This document shows positions 18,501-28,393 of a stretch of 64,000 nucleotides of DNA, in pieces. Position 1 is the stretch's first letter. Every line of letters starts with the position of its first letter. The stretch lies in the IMG/VR virus record IMGVR_UViG_3300047321_000298, positions 32,001 through 96,000 of that record. The stretch is one strand, 5' to 3'. Under the pieces are notes generated by a model, which saw only the letters and a list, made by a program, of their open reading frames with translations, did no database searches and was not told the origin of the DNA. This DNA is from a virus (taxonomy: Duplodnaviria > Caudoviricetes). A program made the position numbers and the translations under genes.

Positions 18501-19844
18501 CTAGTTAGCGGGAAAGAAGCTGTGGGCAGCAAGCGAAAGCTTACTTTCGCTCATTGCGCCACACCCCTTGCACTGGATTTTTACGGTTTGATCTACGCCA
18601 TAATTACGTACCGCTTTGTCGTAGTCCTTAATTAGCTGCACCTGATCAGGAGTCGCGTTCTCAACAATGGCCACGCGCTGATCCAACGTCAGGTGAAGCT
18701 CCTGATGCTGAATGTGCGTAGCCAACTGTGCGAGGAACGAAAACTCAGCACGCTGATCCGGGTCCTGCATCTTCGGATGCTCTGCGAATTCGATTACATC
18801 GCGCATCGTCGGAGGACGAAACACCATGGTCGATGCGTCGCTGAAGTGATAAACCTCCGGATCAGGAATCGTTTCGAGTTCGGTGACCTTGACTGATGCG
18901 TTGGTGATGACTTGCGAAATCTCCAGCGACGATTCAGGAAGAACGGCCGCTTCGATTTCCGCATAGTGCTCTGCGGTCATCTGTCCGGCACGTACCATCG
19001 CCTGGAAGTCGATCAAGCGCAGACCATTCTCTACACGACGTGTATGCTCCGGATTCTTGCATCGCGTGGTGTGCACGAAATTCGATTTCGTGAACGAGTT
19101 CTGACGCAGCCAGAACAGCACGAAGTAGAAATCGGGTAGCGTCAGTTCGAACGCGAGGGGCACGCCACTCCATGCCGGATCACTCGTGTACAAAACAGAA
19201 GACACTGCTTCAACTACAGGCTGCAGTGACTGCTCGCGATGCGCCTTCTGGAGCTTGGCTATATGCTTAGCTAGGAACGGCTTTGCATAGAGGTCCTTGA
19301 ACCCGTAAAACGCGAAGTGCGAGGGCAGACCCAGCGAGAACGAGGAACCATCTGCGACTGGTGTCTGAAACCCGGGCATCGGGTTGCTTACCTGATTTTG
19401 AATGTCCGGCGCAGTCTCGTGCTGCTGCATGGACTGATGGACCCACGAGAAATCATCGGCCGCTGGTACCTGCGGTTGCACAGCCTGAGCAATCGGCCGT
19501 TGCTGCGTTTGCGGGGGCCGTGATTGAGCCTGTTGCTTGGCCTGCGGAGGAACGCGGTGCTGAACCATCGGAGACGGTTGCGGCTGAGCAGCCGGTGCCG
19601 CCTGCGTTTGCGTTTGAGCCAGAGCCATCTGGTCCAAGCTCTGCGCGTGCATCGCAATGCCAGGACGCTGCGGCTGCTGTACACGGGGACCTTGATCCTC
19701 AGTCGGCACCATCATCGGAACGCCCGGGAGCTTGATCGGCTTCGGAAAATGCGCGACGCTTTTCATGCGGTCCTGTTGGGCGCGTGCCAGCGCATCCTTT
19801 TTGTCCTGCGTGAATGGCATGAATTCTGTCTTCTTTTCAGACAC
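18501..19844 (-). CDS. gp26-like baseplate hub assembly chaperone with Q/P-rich N-terminal extension
   Basis: RPPTMRD motif, IQCKGCG, ends LAAHSFF; low-complexity first ~150 aa. Confidence 0.65.
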   Translation of the reverse strand: MSEKKTEFMPFTQDKKDALARAQQDRMKSVAHFPKPIKLPGVPMMVPTEDQGPRVQQPQRPGIAMHAQSLDQMALAQTQTQAAPAAQPQPSPMVQHRVPPQAKQQAQSRPPQTQQRPIAQAVQPQVPAADDFSWVHQSMQQHETAPDIQNQVSNPMPGFQTPVADGSSFSLGLPSHFAFYGFKDLYAKPFLAKHIAKLQKAHREQSLQPVVEAVSSVLYTSDPAWSGVPLAFELTLPDFYFVLFWLRQNSFTKSNFVHTTRCKNPEHTRRVENGLRLIDFQAMVRAGQMTAEHYAEIEAAVLPESSLEISQVITNASVKVTELETIPDPEVYHFSDASTMVFRPPTMRDVIEFAEHPKMQDPDQRAEFSFLAQLATHIQHQELHLTLDQRVAIVENATPDQVQLIKDYDKAVRNYGVDQTVKIQCKGCGAMSESKLSLAAHSFFPAN

Positions 19845-19873
19845 GTTATTAACTCCGGTTTATGAGCAAGAAT

Positions 19874-21028
19874 TTAGAGTGAGGCGAAGCCCGAACCAAC
19901 GGCATTAATCCCGCGTTGGAGCAGGGCAGAGCCCGCGTTGGTTATCACTGAACCAAAGCTGTTGATGGTTGCGGTTATCGCGTTGTTAGTGCCGTTCTGA
20001 GCCACAGAGCCGGGAAGGATTGAACCCGCGTCCACCAGGTTCACAAAAACGTCCCCGACTTCGAAGGTCACTTGATTGATGATCCGGTTGCTGTTGCCGG
20101 ATTCCATGGCGTACGACTCAACGTTAGACGGCCAGCATTCGGTGTACTCGACAATCGCCAGAACGTTCGACGTAACGTCCAGCAGGTAGATGAAGATTGG
20201 AAACTTGTAGTCGGAAGGACGACCCCAACCACCTCCCATACTCGCTGCCTGATTAGCGGAGAACGGCGTGATAATCGCGTTCTGCCACGCCTGTATGTAG
20301 GTCAGCGCAACGTTTGATGAGTCCGCGTAGATTCCGAGACGCAAGCTGCCAACTGAATACTTCGCTGGGTATGCACGCGGGCGGCCCTCACGGAAAATGT
20401 GCTGAGCCTCAAACGTGCGGAAGGGCAGGGTAGCCTGCTCAACGTAGTACCACGGAAGCTGCGCAGCGTTAGACGTTGCAATCTGGCCGCCCAAGGCCGA
20501 GGTCAACCCACCGGCCAGTGCTGAACTCAGGTTCGATAGAATCGAACTGGAGGTCGCATTGGATGCCGTCTGGTTCGAGCCCGGAGTAATCACGGGCATC
20601 TGCGCGTACCACGTGTACGCGAGCATAGGATCGGAGCGAGCTTGCGCACCAGCCAGATCGTAGCCCGGGTTGATACCGTTATTTGACGAGCTTTGGAAGG
20701 AGGTCCCGGGACTCGAAAGCACGGAGCCGGACGACGCCATCCCACCTAAGCCGGATATAGCGGCCGAAAATGCGTTTGCCGGGGCTGAGGCGAGCGTAGA
20801 AACCGCTGCAGAGACATTCCCCGTGAGTAGGTCACCGGCTGCACCAACGACCGAACCTAAGGCCGATTTGACGGTATTGGACGCGGCACCTACGACATTA
20901 GATACAACTGTGTTCTTGGCGTTCGAAACAGCACCGGTAATGCCAGTCTTGATACTGTTGATCTGGCCTTTGGTATTTACTTTGATTTGACTTTCGGCGG
21001 AAGATACTGCATCGGAGAGAAACGACAT
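19874..21028 (-). CDS. Tail-tube-like (gp19/gp54-type) protein with S/A/G-rich N-terminus
   Basis: YVEQATLP...AWQNAI...IVEYTECWPSNV...VTF tube fold pattern. Confidence 0.7.
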   Translation of the reverse strand: MSFLSDAVSSAESQIKVNTKGQINSIKTGITGAVSNAKNTVVSNVVGAASNTVKSALGSVVGAAGDLLTGNVSAAVSTLASAPANAFSAAISGLGGMASSGSVLSSPGTSFQSSSNNGINPGYDLAGAQARSDPMLAYTWYAQMPVITPGSNQTASNATSSSILSNLSSALAGGLTSALGGQIATSNAAQLPWYYVEQATLPFRTFEAQHIFREGRPRAYPAKYSVGSLRLGIYADSSNVALTYIQAWQNAIITPFSANQAASMGGGWGRPSDYKFPIFIYLLDVTSNVLAIVEYTECWPSNVESYAMESGNSNRIINQVTFEVGDVFVNLVDAGSILPGSVAQNGTNNAITATINSFGSVITNAGSALLQRGINAVGSGFASL

Positions 21029-21108
21029 AGGGCAGACCTTTCAAAAGGTGCGCCCTAACAATGAATGACAGGCGTTTGAACCTCTAACGCCTGTCTGTGC
21101 GTTAGGGC

Positions 21109-21152
21109 AAAAAAGAGGGCGGCAAACCCTCGAAGGTCTTAGCGCCGCCCTT
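21109..21152 (-). terminator. Intrinsic terminator
   Basis: AAGGGCGGC...GCCGCCCTCTTTTTT on the minus strand. Confidence 0.75.
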
Positions 21153-21236
21153 GATACAGTTACATGCAAGCCCCCTTCCCTATGGGAATTCCGCGGCCCT
21201 TGCTCAAAGCCAACTTGCGTGCACCTGTTCGAGTTA
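21109..21236 (-). ncRNA. Candidate ~125-nt structured small RNA
   Basis: ORF-free; bounded by the AATTTCATAG motif and a terminator; helix GTGCACGCAAG/CTTGCATGTA and hairpin TTCCC-ATA-GGGAA. Confidence 0.35.
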
Positions 21237-21251
21237 CTATGAAATTGGAGG

Positions 21252-21710
21252 TCAGTTTCCCCAGATCATCAACAATGCCGGGTCCACAGGGATATAGCCA
21301 TTAGGTGCTGGTCTCAGCAGCGATATGGAATCCGGCGCGAGCCGCCCTTGCGGAGGCAAGTAATAGCCGTTGTTTCTGGCGTCATCAAGAACGACCATCT
21401 TGGGATCGGCCTTCGGCACGTACAGGTCACGCTGAATCAGCGTCCGTGTGTTTTCCACTTCTTCCGGCCAGTGCTCTTCTGTCCGATAGGCAATCCAGTC
21501 CTTGGCTAGTTCCGGCTTTACGAGCAGGGTCAATCCGAGTCCTGAAAGCATACGTTCCGGCTGCTTGTCGAGACCAACGACCACCACCTCTGAGTACTGG
21601 TGACGGGCGTTGGCCAGCAGCGTAAGACAGTCGCGAAGCATCTGCCCTTCAACTGCTGGCGTGTACTTTGTGTAAGTCACACCGATGTAGAAAATACGAG
21701 GCTTGTTCAT
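21252..21710 (-). CDS. Hypothetical protein
   Basis: In operon downstream of the portal; overlapping stop/start. Confidence 0.7.
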   Translation of the reverse strand: MNKPRIFYIGVTYTKYTPAVEGQMLRDCLTLLANARHQYSEVVVVGLDKQPERMLSGLGLTLLVKPELAKDWIAYRTEEHWPEEVENTRTLIQRDLYVPKADPKMVVLDDARNNGYYLPPQGRLAPDSISLLRPAPNGYIPVDPALLMIWGN

Positions 21711-21934
21711 CTCTTTGTCCCCTTAGCTAGGGCTCGCGCTTTCTCCAGCGGAACCAGATAGACGCGATCATTTGATGCCAGAGTAAATCGCACCAGGTCA
21801 GGATCAGAGGACTGACGAACTCCAAACTTTGTACCTTTCTCCAAAGTAACACTGCTCGTTATCTTCAACGACCGGCCGCTGTAAGTGAACCAGTCGAAGT
21901 TTTCCTCAGTTTTCTTCAGAAGGAAGCTGTACAT
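21707..21934 (-). CDS. Hypothetical protein
   Basis: Translationally coupled to the portal gene. Confidence 0.65.
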   Translation of the reverse strand: MYSFLLKKTEENFDWFTYSGRSLKITSSVTLEKGTKFGVRQSSDPDLVRFTLASNDRVYLVPLEKARALAKGTKR

Positions 21935-23829
21935 TATTTGTAATTCCCAAAACCCGGAAGCGTTGCGCGGCCCAGCTTTTGCACGTTAGCCCGACGCAGC
22001 TTCTCCTGATAGTGCGGGTCACCATCGACCTTCTTCGCGATCTTCATAATCTGATCGTGCGCACGGTGGCGACGGTCTGCCATCGCCGCAGAAGGGATGT
22101 GCCGAACCTGATCGGTTTTCGTCAGCGCCCACGCATCACCCGAATCACCGAAGTCACGTGAAAGCAGGGGCTTGCGGTACGCGCGTTGTTGCATGAGGTT
22201 TGCGCTCATCGACGTATGCTGGTTAGTCCGTTCGATCAATGCGGAGAGTTCCGGCTGCTCTGCGTCATCGATTTCACGCTCGTCATCATCGAACTCGTTG
22301 GAGAAATGATCCTCGCCTTCGTGCGACGTATCCTTGCCGGTGAATTCCTCCAGGCGCTGACGCAACACCTTGTCTTCATCGAGGTCGCGTACCAGCGCGT
22401 CCGGGTCGATCTTTGCAGCGGCCATCCACATCTTGAGAGGGATAGGGACGCCCTTTTCCGAAGCCATTTCGAGCAGTTCCATCATGTTCTCTTCGCCCTT
22501 CGCTTCAAGCTCCTTGTGCCAGTGAAGCTGCGGCATCTTGAGGTTCGAACGGTTGGCGCGGTTGAACAGGAAGTCCACAATCTTGCCGCTCTTCGCTTTG
22601 TTCTTCGGATCGACATACAGATCGTTGACCACAGCAATCAGCGGGAACAGCTTCGCATAGAAGACGCGGTCTGTCAGGTCTGTGCGGTAGCTATTCATCG
22701 TTTCGAGGAACGTTGAATATGCAGACTCTGCCGCCGCGTACGACGATTCGCCAGACAGGAACGACTCACTGATGCCCAGCGCCCGGAGCTTGTACGGAAC
22801 AAGCACATCGGCCATGTCCGTCCACTTCCAGAAATCGCCACCGGGTCGGATGTCTGCGGCCTGCACCGAATTACGTGTCGAAATCCATCCGCCCAACGGG
22901 TCGAATTCGGCCTGCTGGAACTGCGACACGAGCGCCTGGAGTTCTTCGCCGGTCGGAGTCCAGTTGTCATCGCCAGCCGTCAGGTGAGTCATCGCGCGCT
23001 GACGACGCTGAGCCTCAACAAGCGTCCCACGGAACAGCGTCTTTTCGATCAGATACATCGGCAAGATGCGGTGCAAGTAGGACGTGTATGCGCGGTCCGT
23101 TGTTGAACGGCGCGGGACGAACAGTGTGGTCACCGGGTCCAGCGTGAACGCGCCCGACTTCAGCATGTCCAGGAACTGCGGAGGCATCGAGTCGAGATAC
23201 TTACGCGCGTACTCTGACGTGTCGTGCATGAACTGCTGTGTTGACTGACCAACACGCACATTGATCGTCGGGTCGATACCCCAGAACGGGGAGGGGATCA
23301 CGGCGCAGGACAGCGCGTCATGAATCAGCGTGTCCATGAACTGCTTTGAACGTGGATCGAACACCAACGATCCGCAGAAGAAACCATCAGTCAGGTGAGC
23401 CGTCGATATCGTAGGCATCATCTGGCGGAGGTTCAGTCGGTCTAACGCCTCTTCATAGAACTTCAGTTCTTTCTCTTCCAGACCGCGCAGTTCCCAATCG
23501 GAGAACGGAAAATGCGACTGGATGTCCACAGACGAACCCGCTGTGTTATCGAACAGATACATATCCCGGTAGAACAGGGCTAGGGTAGAGGTGTCGATCA
23601 GATGCGGGTCTGCGGGGATGATACCCGTCATGTAGTACTGGTAGTTCGACTGCCAAAACCCGTTCACGGACATTGATGCGCCGCCCGATGTTCCGCTCAT
23701 ACCCATGCTTGCGGTCACCTGCGTCATCGAACGCGGGGACGCACGGTGTACGATGGTGTTCCCCGGTGATTCGCCCATCATGTTTATTGAGCCGTTTGTA
23801 ACGCCCAAAATGCGCTTCTTGCTGTACAT
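21934..23829 (-). CDS. Portal protein
   Basis: Stem-clip-stem pattern ending LRALGISESFLSGESSYAAAESA; near TerL; AGGA RBS before ATG 23829. Confidence 0.75.
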   Translation of the reverse strand: MYSKKRILGVTNGSINMMGESPGNTIVHRASPRSMTQVTASMGMSGTSGGASMSVNGFWQSNYQYYMTGIIPADPHLIDTSTLALFYRDMYLFDNTAGSSVDIQSHFPFSDWELRGLEEKELKFYEEALDRLNLRQMMPTISTAHLTDGFFCGSLVFDPRSKQFMDTLIHDALSCAVIPSPFWGIDPTINVRVGQSTQQFMHDTSEYARKYLDSMPPQFLDMLKSGAFTLDPVTTLFVPRRSTTDRAYTSYLHRILPMYLIEKTLFRGTLVEAQRRQRAMTHLTAGDDNWTPTGEELQALVSQFQQAEFDPLGGWISTRNSVQAADIRPGGDFWKWTDMADVLVPYKLRALGISESFLSGESSYAAAESAYSTFLETMNSYRTDLTDRVFYAKLFPLIAVVNDLYVDPKNKAKSGKIVDFLFNRANRSNLKMPQLHWHKELEAKGEENMMELLEMASEKGVPIPLKMWMAAAKIDPDALVRDLDEDKVLRQRLEEFTGKDTSHEGEDHFSNEFDDDEREIDDAEQPELSALIERTNQHTSMSANLMQQRAYRKPLLSRDFGDSGDAWALTKTDQVRHIPSAAMADRRHRAHDQIMKIAKKVDGDPHYQEKLRRANVQKLGRATLPGFGNYK

Positions 23830-23866
23830 GTGTTTAATCCTGTTGTTCGATGCACTCGTACACGGC

Positions 23867-24364
23867 TCATTGCCTTGACCTTCGCGCGTATCGGTTAAAG
23901 TCGGCATTCCGGAAGGCCAAACGTATGCATAGGTTCAGCTTTGTGTCAGAGGCGATTTCTCGGTATTCCGCACGTTGAACCATGCGCAGGGTGTACCTAG
24001 CGCTCGCACCGTTCTTGGCTATGAACTTACGGACAACGAAGATGCCAACGCCTTTCGGAATGTCGCCCTTGATCTTCTCGTAGGTCTTGGAACCAACTAC
24101 GAAAAACAATTTATTCGAGTAGTCCAGATACTTGGGCCACTTACCTGCACGGTGATCCACGTAAAAATCAGCGGGGCAGCTTTTGATTTCGCAGATGACG
24201 ACTTCGCCTCTCATGTTGACGGCGAGTAGGTCTGCACGCAGCGCCCCGCTTGGGTTTAATCCGACCTCCGCATTCACCGCATAGCACTTATCTGTGTAAT
24301 ACCTTCGCACCTGATCCTTCAGAAGCTGTGCGATATCCTTGCGGGTCATCTGTGTTTTGATCAT
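23867..24364 (-). CDS. MmcB-like PD-(D/E)xK endonuclease
   Basis: EVGL...RADLLAV...ICEIKS...DF...KWPKYLDY. Confidence 0.75.
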   Translation of the reverse strand: MIKTQMTRKDIAQLLKDQVRRYYTDKCYAVNAEVGLNPSGALRADLLAVNMRGEVVICEIKSCPADFYVDHRAGKWPKYLDYSNKLFFVVGSKTYEKIKGDIPKGVGIFVVRKFIAKNGASARYTLRMVQRAEYREIASDTKLNLCIRLAFRNADFNRYARRSRQ

Positions 24365-25050
24365 CGTTGAAGGAACTTCACCATGTCGTCTCGTATCTTT
24401 CCGTACTGATCCTGGAGGAACGCTGCGATACGTTCCCGGCTATCCAGTTGGACCTTTCGAAACTGTTTGTACTGTTCCTCGTCACCCACAACTTCCTTGG
24501 TATCGTGCGCGACCTTTGCATACTCGGTCATCACCTGCATCGCCATGTCCAGGAACGCGGGGCGCAAGATGTTTTCTGTTATGGCGACGCCTAGCGCGCC
24601 CCGATCCTTAGTTGATTGCAGATCGATCACAAGCTCACGAATCGTCTGAACCAGCCCGTTGTACGAGTGGACACCGTACCGGCCGTTCGACTCGTGAACG
24701 CCCTTTTCGACTTGCGCAATCAGGTTGATTGACGACTGAATCAGTCGCTTGTTGAGTTTGGAGATAGTGGAGTCATCATCGTCACCAGACTCCAGCAATT
24801 CGACCATCTCTTCAGCGTCGTCACCGAAAACGGTGCGGAGATTGGCGAGGTTCGACGGAGCGTCTGTCGCTGCTTTCTTACTCTTGCGCTCAGGCTCAAC
24901 GATCACCAGTTCTGTGCTCGCTTTCTTTTTCTTCAGACGGGGTTGGTCGTCATCATCGTCATCCAGCGACATCGTGGGGCGCTTGCTCTTCGGCTTGCGA
25001 TTAAGATTGAAGTCCTCATCGACTTCGACAGCAACAGACTTTTTCGGCAT
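24361..25050 (-). CDS. Hypothetical alpha-helical protein
   Basis: Long ORF coupled to its neighbours; charged N-terminus. Confidence 0.7.
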   Translation of the reverse strand: MPKKSVAVEVDEDFNLNRKPKSKRPTMSLDDDDDDQPRLKKKKASTELVIVEPERKSKKAATDAPSNLANLRTVFGDDAEEMVELLESGDDDDSTISKLNKRLIQSSINLIAQVEKGVHESNGRYGVHSYNGLVQTIRELVIDLQSTKDRGALGVAITENILRPAFLDMAMQVMTEYAKVAHDTKEVVGDEEQYKQFRKVQLDSRERIAAFLQDQYGKIRDDMVKFLQR

Positions 25051-25053
25051 GGC

Positions 25054-25293
25054 TTAGACTTGGGAATCAGGGATCGGTATTGCGATGCGGTGCTCGTCGC
25101 ACGTGAGTACCGGGAATCCGTTTGCGTGTGAGCGCTCCATCGGCTTGCGGCACTCCGGGCAGAGACCGGCACCGGCCACGTCGGCGGACATGTCGATACG
25201 CGCGTGAACCTTGGACGCAGATGATTCGAGCTTTTTCTGTTTGTCAGAGACGGTTGCAGATGCCGTCATAAATGCTGCTGGTATCTTTTTCAT
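25054..25293 (-). CDS. Small Zn-ribbon protein
   Basis: CPECRKPM...TCDEH. Confidence 0.6.
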   Translation of the reverse strand: MKKIPAAFMTASATVSDKQKKLESSASKVHARIDMSADVAGAGLCPECRKPMERSHANGFPVLTCDEHRIAIPIPDSQV

Positions 25294-25520
25294 TTCAATT
25301 CCTTGGGTATATAAATCGTGTCCTTGCGCGGAGTCATTCCCTCAGGACATGCGAAGAACTGGAAGCGTGTGCCGTGGCGGTCACCGGAATTCCAATCCTT
25401 CGTTAGATCAGCTACCGCCCGATGCGCCGCGCGCTTATTCTTGTACTGCTTTGGTGTATCCCACCACCTACCGGTTTCAAGTGGGGTGTGTAGAACGCGG
25501 CACCATACGTACCATTTCAT
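25290..25520 (-). CDS. Hypothetical protein
   Basis: ATGA overlaps on both sides. Confidence 0.6.
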   Translation of the reverse strand: MKWYVWCRVLHTPLETGRWWDTPKQYKNKRAAHRAVADLTKDWNSGDRHGTRFQFFACPEGMTPRKDTIYIPKELK

Positions 25521-26134
25521 GCGGATGTCCTCGGTGTTCGTTTCTGTTTCGGCGGCAGGCGGGATGAGTTCTCTGCCTGCAGCATGACCTTGTGCGGGTC
25601 ATAATCGAGCAACGAACCGGTCCCCTTTTCCAGACCGAAGATGCCGATGAAACACGCGTCCAACTGGTGCGGAGTAATCGCGCATTCTGCGTACATAGCA
25701 TCGAGAGTCAGCGGATCAAATCGCCTGTTCCAAGCGTTCTTCCAGGTAGCGGCTGTGATTGCCTTGATCGGCAGTCTGTAGCCCCCTAGAAGCCCGACCA
25801 TGACCCCAACGTATTCGATCAGGGGCCCAGACTGTCCACGCGTCTGGAACCGCTCTACGACGATTCCATTAGGCTGGTACACTTGAACCCATTTGTCGAT
25901 TTCGGCAAGGAAGTCGTTGCGCTGCTGACCGTACGCAACCAGGTCAGAAATCGGCTTTGTTACCAGCGAGTTCGCAACGATCTTCACCTTGCCGTGTTCG
26001 TTGCACGCAACTACTGAAATTCCGCAGTTGCGCGAACCAGGGTCCAGAGCGAGCACACGTTTTGTTGCATCGAGCAAGCCCGAACTTTCCGGAAGTGTGT
26101 ATTCCTTGTTCGGTTTTATTGGTTTTTTCGGCAT
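25517..26134 (-). CDS. ruvC: RuvC-like Holliday junction resolvase
   Basis: RVLALDPGSRNCG, IVVERFQ and HQLDA RNase H-fold motifs. Confidence 0.8.
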   Translation of the reverse strand: MPKKPIKPNKEYTLPESSGLLDATKRVLALDPGSRNCGISVVACNEHGKVKIVANSLVTKPISDLVAYGQQRNDFLAEIDKWVQVYQPNGIVVERFQTRGQSGPLIEYVGVMVGLLGGYRLPIKAITAATWKNAWNRRFDPLTLDAMYAECAITPHQLDACFIGIFGLEKGTGSLLDYDPHKVMLQAENSSRLPPKQKRTPRTSA

Positions 26135-26180
26135 CTCTTATAGACCTCAGGAAGATGCTATGAAATTAAAGCGAATCACC

Positions 26181-28391
26181 TCATCTGTATCGCTGGCCGT
26201 AGCGGTTAGCCATACCGGAACGTGACGCAAATCCTGGCATTGGCATGCCCACTCGATTCCCGTCGTAGTTGTACTTTCGAGCCTCAGACAAGCGCTCCAT
26301 GACCTTTTCGTTATGGATGCATTTAGTCAGCAGCACAATCGCCCGCCAGATATCGTCCGTGGTGTGTTCGCCCTTTTCGGGTGCCCGCGTCGGGCCCGCA
26401 TCGCGAACGGTCACTGCCTGCAACAGGAAGTGAGCCACGGGCTTATTCATCATTTCCGTACGGTAGTTCTCCACGCGTCCGTCCAGGATGAAATCGATGT
26501 CTATTTGCTGGACTGTCGGCAGTATCAGGTTCTTGTTCTCGAACATCGCACGTGTCGCCTCGAAGTCGGCACGCTTTGGCGAGTATTGCTTCGGCAAAGT
26601 CCGGGGTTTTCCATCCGGATTCAAGCCCATGTCCTGACGTATGCGGTACAGCAAATCAATCGACTGCCACTGGTCGGCACCGAGCCCCACGGCGTTCAGG
26701 TCCTTTGCCAACTTCAAAATCACTTCCTGATATAACAGGTTGAAGTTGATCTTTCGGCCCTCCGTAGGCATGCATTCGAGAATCGTGGATACGATGGTCT
26801 TGCCCGTATCGAAGTCGTAGTGCCCGCCAGTAATCACGAATGAGTTGTTGGTGTGCCCCGCGTCGATTGCGATCACGGAGGGGTAGCGGAACGTTCTGAT
26901 CTTCTCGATCTTTCCGTAGACCTCGCCTGCGATGTCGTACTGGTAAATGAAGTTGTGACTGTTGTTGCCGTTGACGAAAATTCCTTCTTTCATCGTAGAC
27001 GGCTGAATGAAACGCGAGTGCACGGCTGGCGGGTTCGCGCCCCAATCTCGCTCTGCCTTTTCATAATTAGAGTTATAGGCAGCGACGATCATGGGTGATT
27101 GTCGTGTGAAACCCGGGTTCACTTCCCAGGTTGGCAAGTTAATGCCTAAGATGGTTTCACGTCCTACGTCTGTCTCTTTCGATTCCTTCAGCAGGCGCAT
27201 CATCTTGTCGCGCATGGAGTAGGGGGAGGACACATTGAAGAGAACAGGTTTCGGGCAGGTGAAGTAGCCTTGTTTCATCAGGCTCTCATACACCATGTTC
27301 ATCGTACCGAGACTTGTGAAAAGCGATTTGTGAGCTTCGTCAGCGTTGGCACGCTCCGAAGTCTCGTCTTCTTCCGTGTCGCCCTTCGGCAAAGGGAAGA
27401 GACCCAACTCGTCCAGACCGGCGAAGATTCGCGTGTCACCACGGAGAACCGTTGAGCGCGGGCCAGACGGGTAGATAAAGAGGTTCCGGTGATGGAATCG
27501 CATGTACTCGGTTGATACCTTGTACAGTTCCTTGCCGTATTTCTCTTTGTAGTGATCCATGATTTCGAAGTACTGCTGAAACCACACAGAGTCTTCGATA
27601 ATCTTTTTATACGGTGCCCACATCAGACCACGGGCTTTACCAAACGTCAGGCTGACGAACGTACCAGTAAGTTCGGTTGACGACTGCATCAGCTTTGTGA
27701 GCGTAGCAATCGGCGGAAATTTCAGATGCTTGTGCGTCAAGTACGACGAGTACATAGCCAGAGTCAGCGACTTACCGGAACGCTGACCTAGGACGTTCGC
27801 CAACTGGATGTAGTCATTCAGACCATACTTACGTTTCAGCAGACGCTTCGACCGGCCGCAGTCAGGACACTTTCCCTTTTCCAGCAGTACGAGGTGGCGG
27901 GTGAGCTTACGGGTGTCGTAGTCCACCGGCACATTGTGGACATCTAGCCATTCTTTCTTCGAGCAGCAGGGGCACACTTCACCGAAGAGCATCAACCCAA
28001 TCCACATTTGCCGCGCGAACGGTGGATTGATCTTCTCGCCAAGAAGGTTGAAGCAGTAATCGAAGAAGTTTTTCGCCATCTTTAGATCGCGAGTATCAAT
28101 CTTCAGATCGTGCAGGGTCCCCGTCTCGTGATCTTCCGCCTCGTGCATGTAGCGACGGATGTCGAAGTCATCAATGGGGGAGCCGTCCGTGTCGTACCCG
28201 CCATCCTTGATGATATATTCCGTGTCCTTAACTTCCTTGACCTTGACGCCCCTTGGTGTGCTCTTGATCCGCTTTTTCTGAATGTCCTCCATCTGACTAT
28301 CCGACAGGAGCATCGGAAACAGAATGTCGGCTTTTGCCTTCATCAAGCGAGTCGTCGCATCGTCTACCTGGCTATAATCTACCTTTCTCAT
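26181..28391 (-). CDS. terL: Terminase large subunit
   Basis: GQRSGKS Walker A, AGLDE Walker B, IAIDAG...DD nuclease; Cys-rich insertion near the N-terminus. Confidence 0.9.
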   Translation of the reverse strand: MRKVDYSQVDDATTRLMKAKADILFPMLLSDSQMEDIQKKRIKSTPRGVKVKEVKDTEYIIKDGGYDTDGSPIDDFDIRRYMHEAEDHETGTLHDLKIDTRDLKMAKNFFDYCFNLLGEKINPPFARQMWIGLMLFGEVCPCCSKKEWLDVHNVPVDYDTRKLTRHLVLLEKGKCPDCGRSKRLLKRKYGLNDYIQLANVLGQRSGKSLTLAMYSSYLTHKHLKFPPIATLTKLMQSSTELTGTFVSLTFGKARGLMWAPYKKIIEDSVWFQQYFEIMDHYKEKYGKELYKVSTEYMRFHHRNLFIYPSGPRSTVLRGDTRIFAGLDELGLFPLPKGDTEEDETSERANADEAHKSLFTSLGTMNMVYESLMKQGYFTCPKPVLFNVSSPYSMRDKMMRLLKESKETDVGRETILGINLPTWEVNPGFTRQSPMIVAAYNSNYEKAERDWGANPPAVHSRFIQPSTMKEGIFVNGNNSHNFIYQYDIAGEVYGKIEKIRTFRYPSVIAIDAGHTNNSFVITGGHYDFDTGKTIVSTILECMPTEGRKINFNLLYQEVILKLAKDLNAVGLGADQWQSIDLLYRIRQDMGLNPDGKPRTLPKQYSPKRADFEATRAMFENKNLILPTVQQIDIDFILDGRVENYRTEMMNKPVAHFLLQAVTVRDAGPTRAPEKGEHTTDDIWRAIVLLTKCIHNEKVMERLSEARKYNYDGNRVGMPMPGFASRSGMANRYGQRYR

Positions 28392-28393
28392 GA

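Noticed and set aside
24361-25050. Terminase small subunit
   Set aside because: Only proximity to TerL and helical content support it; no recognisable motif.
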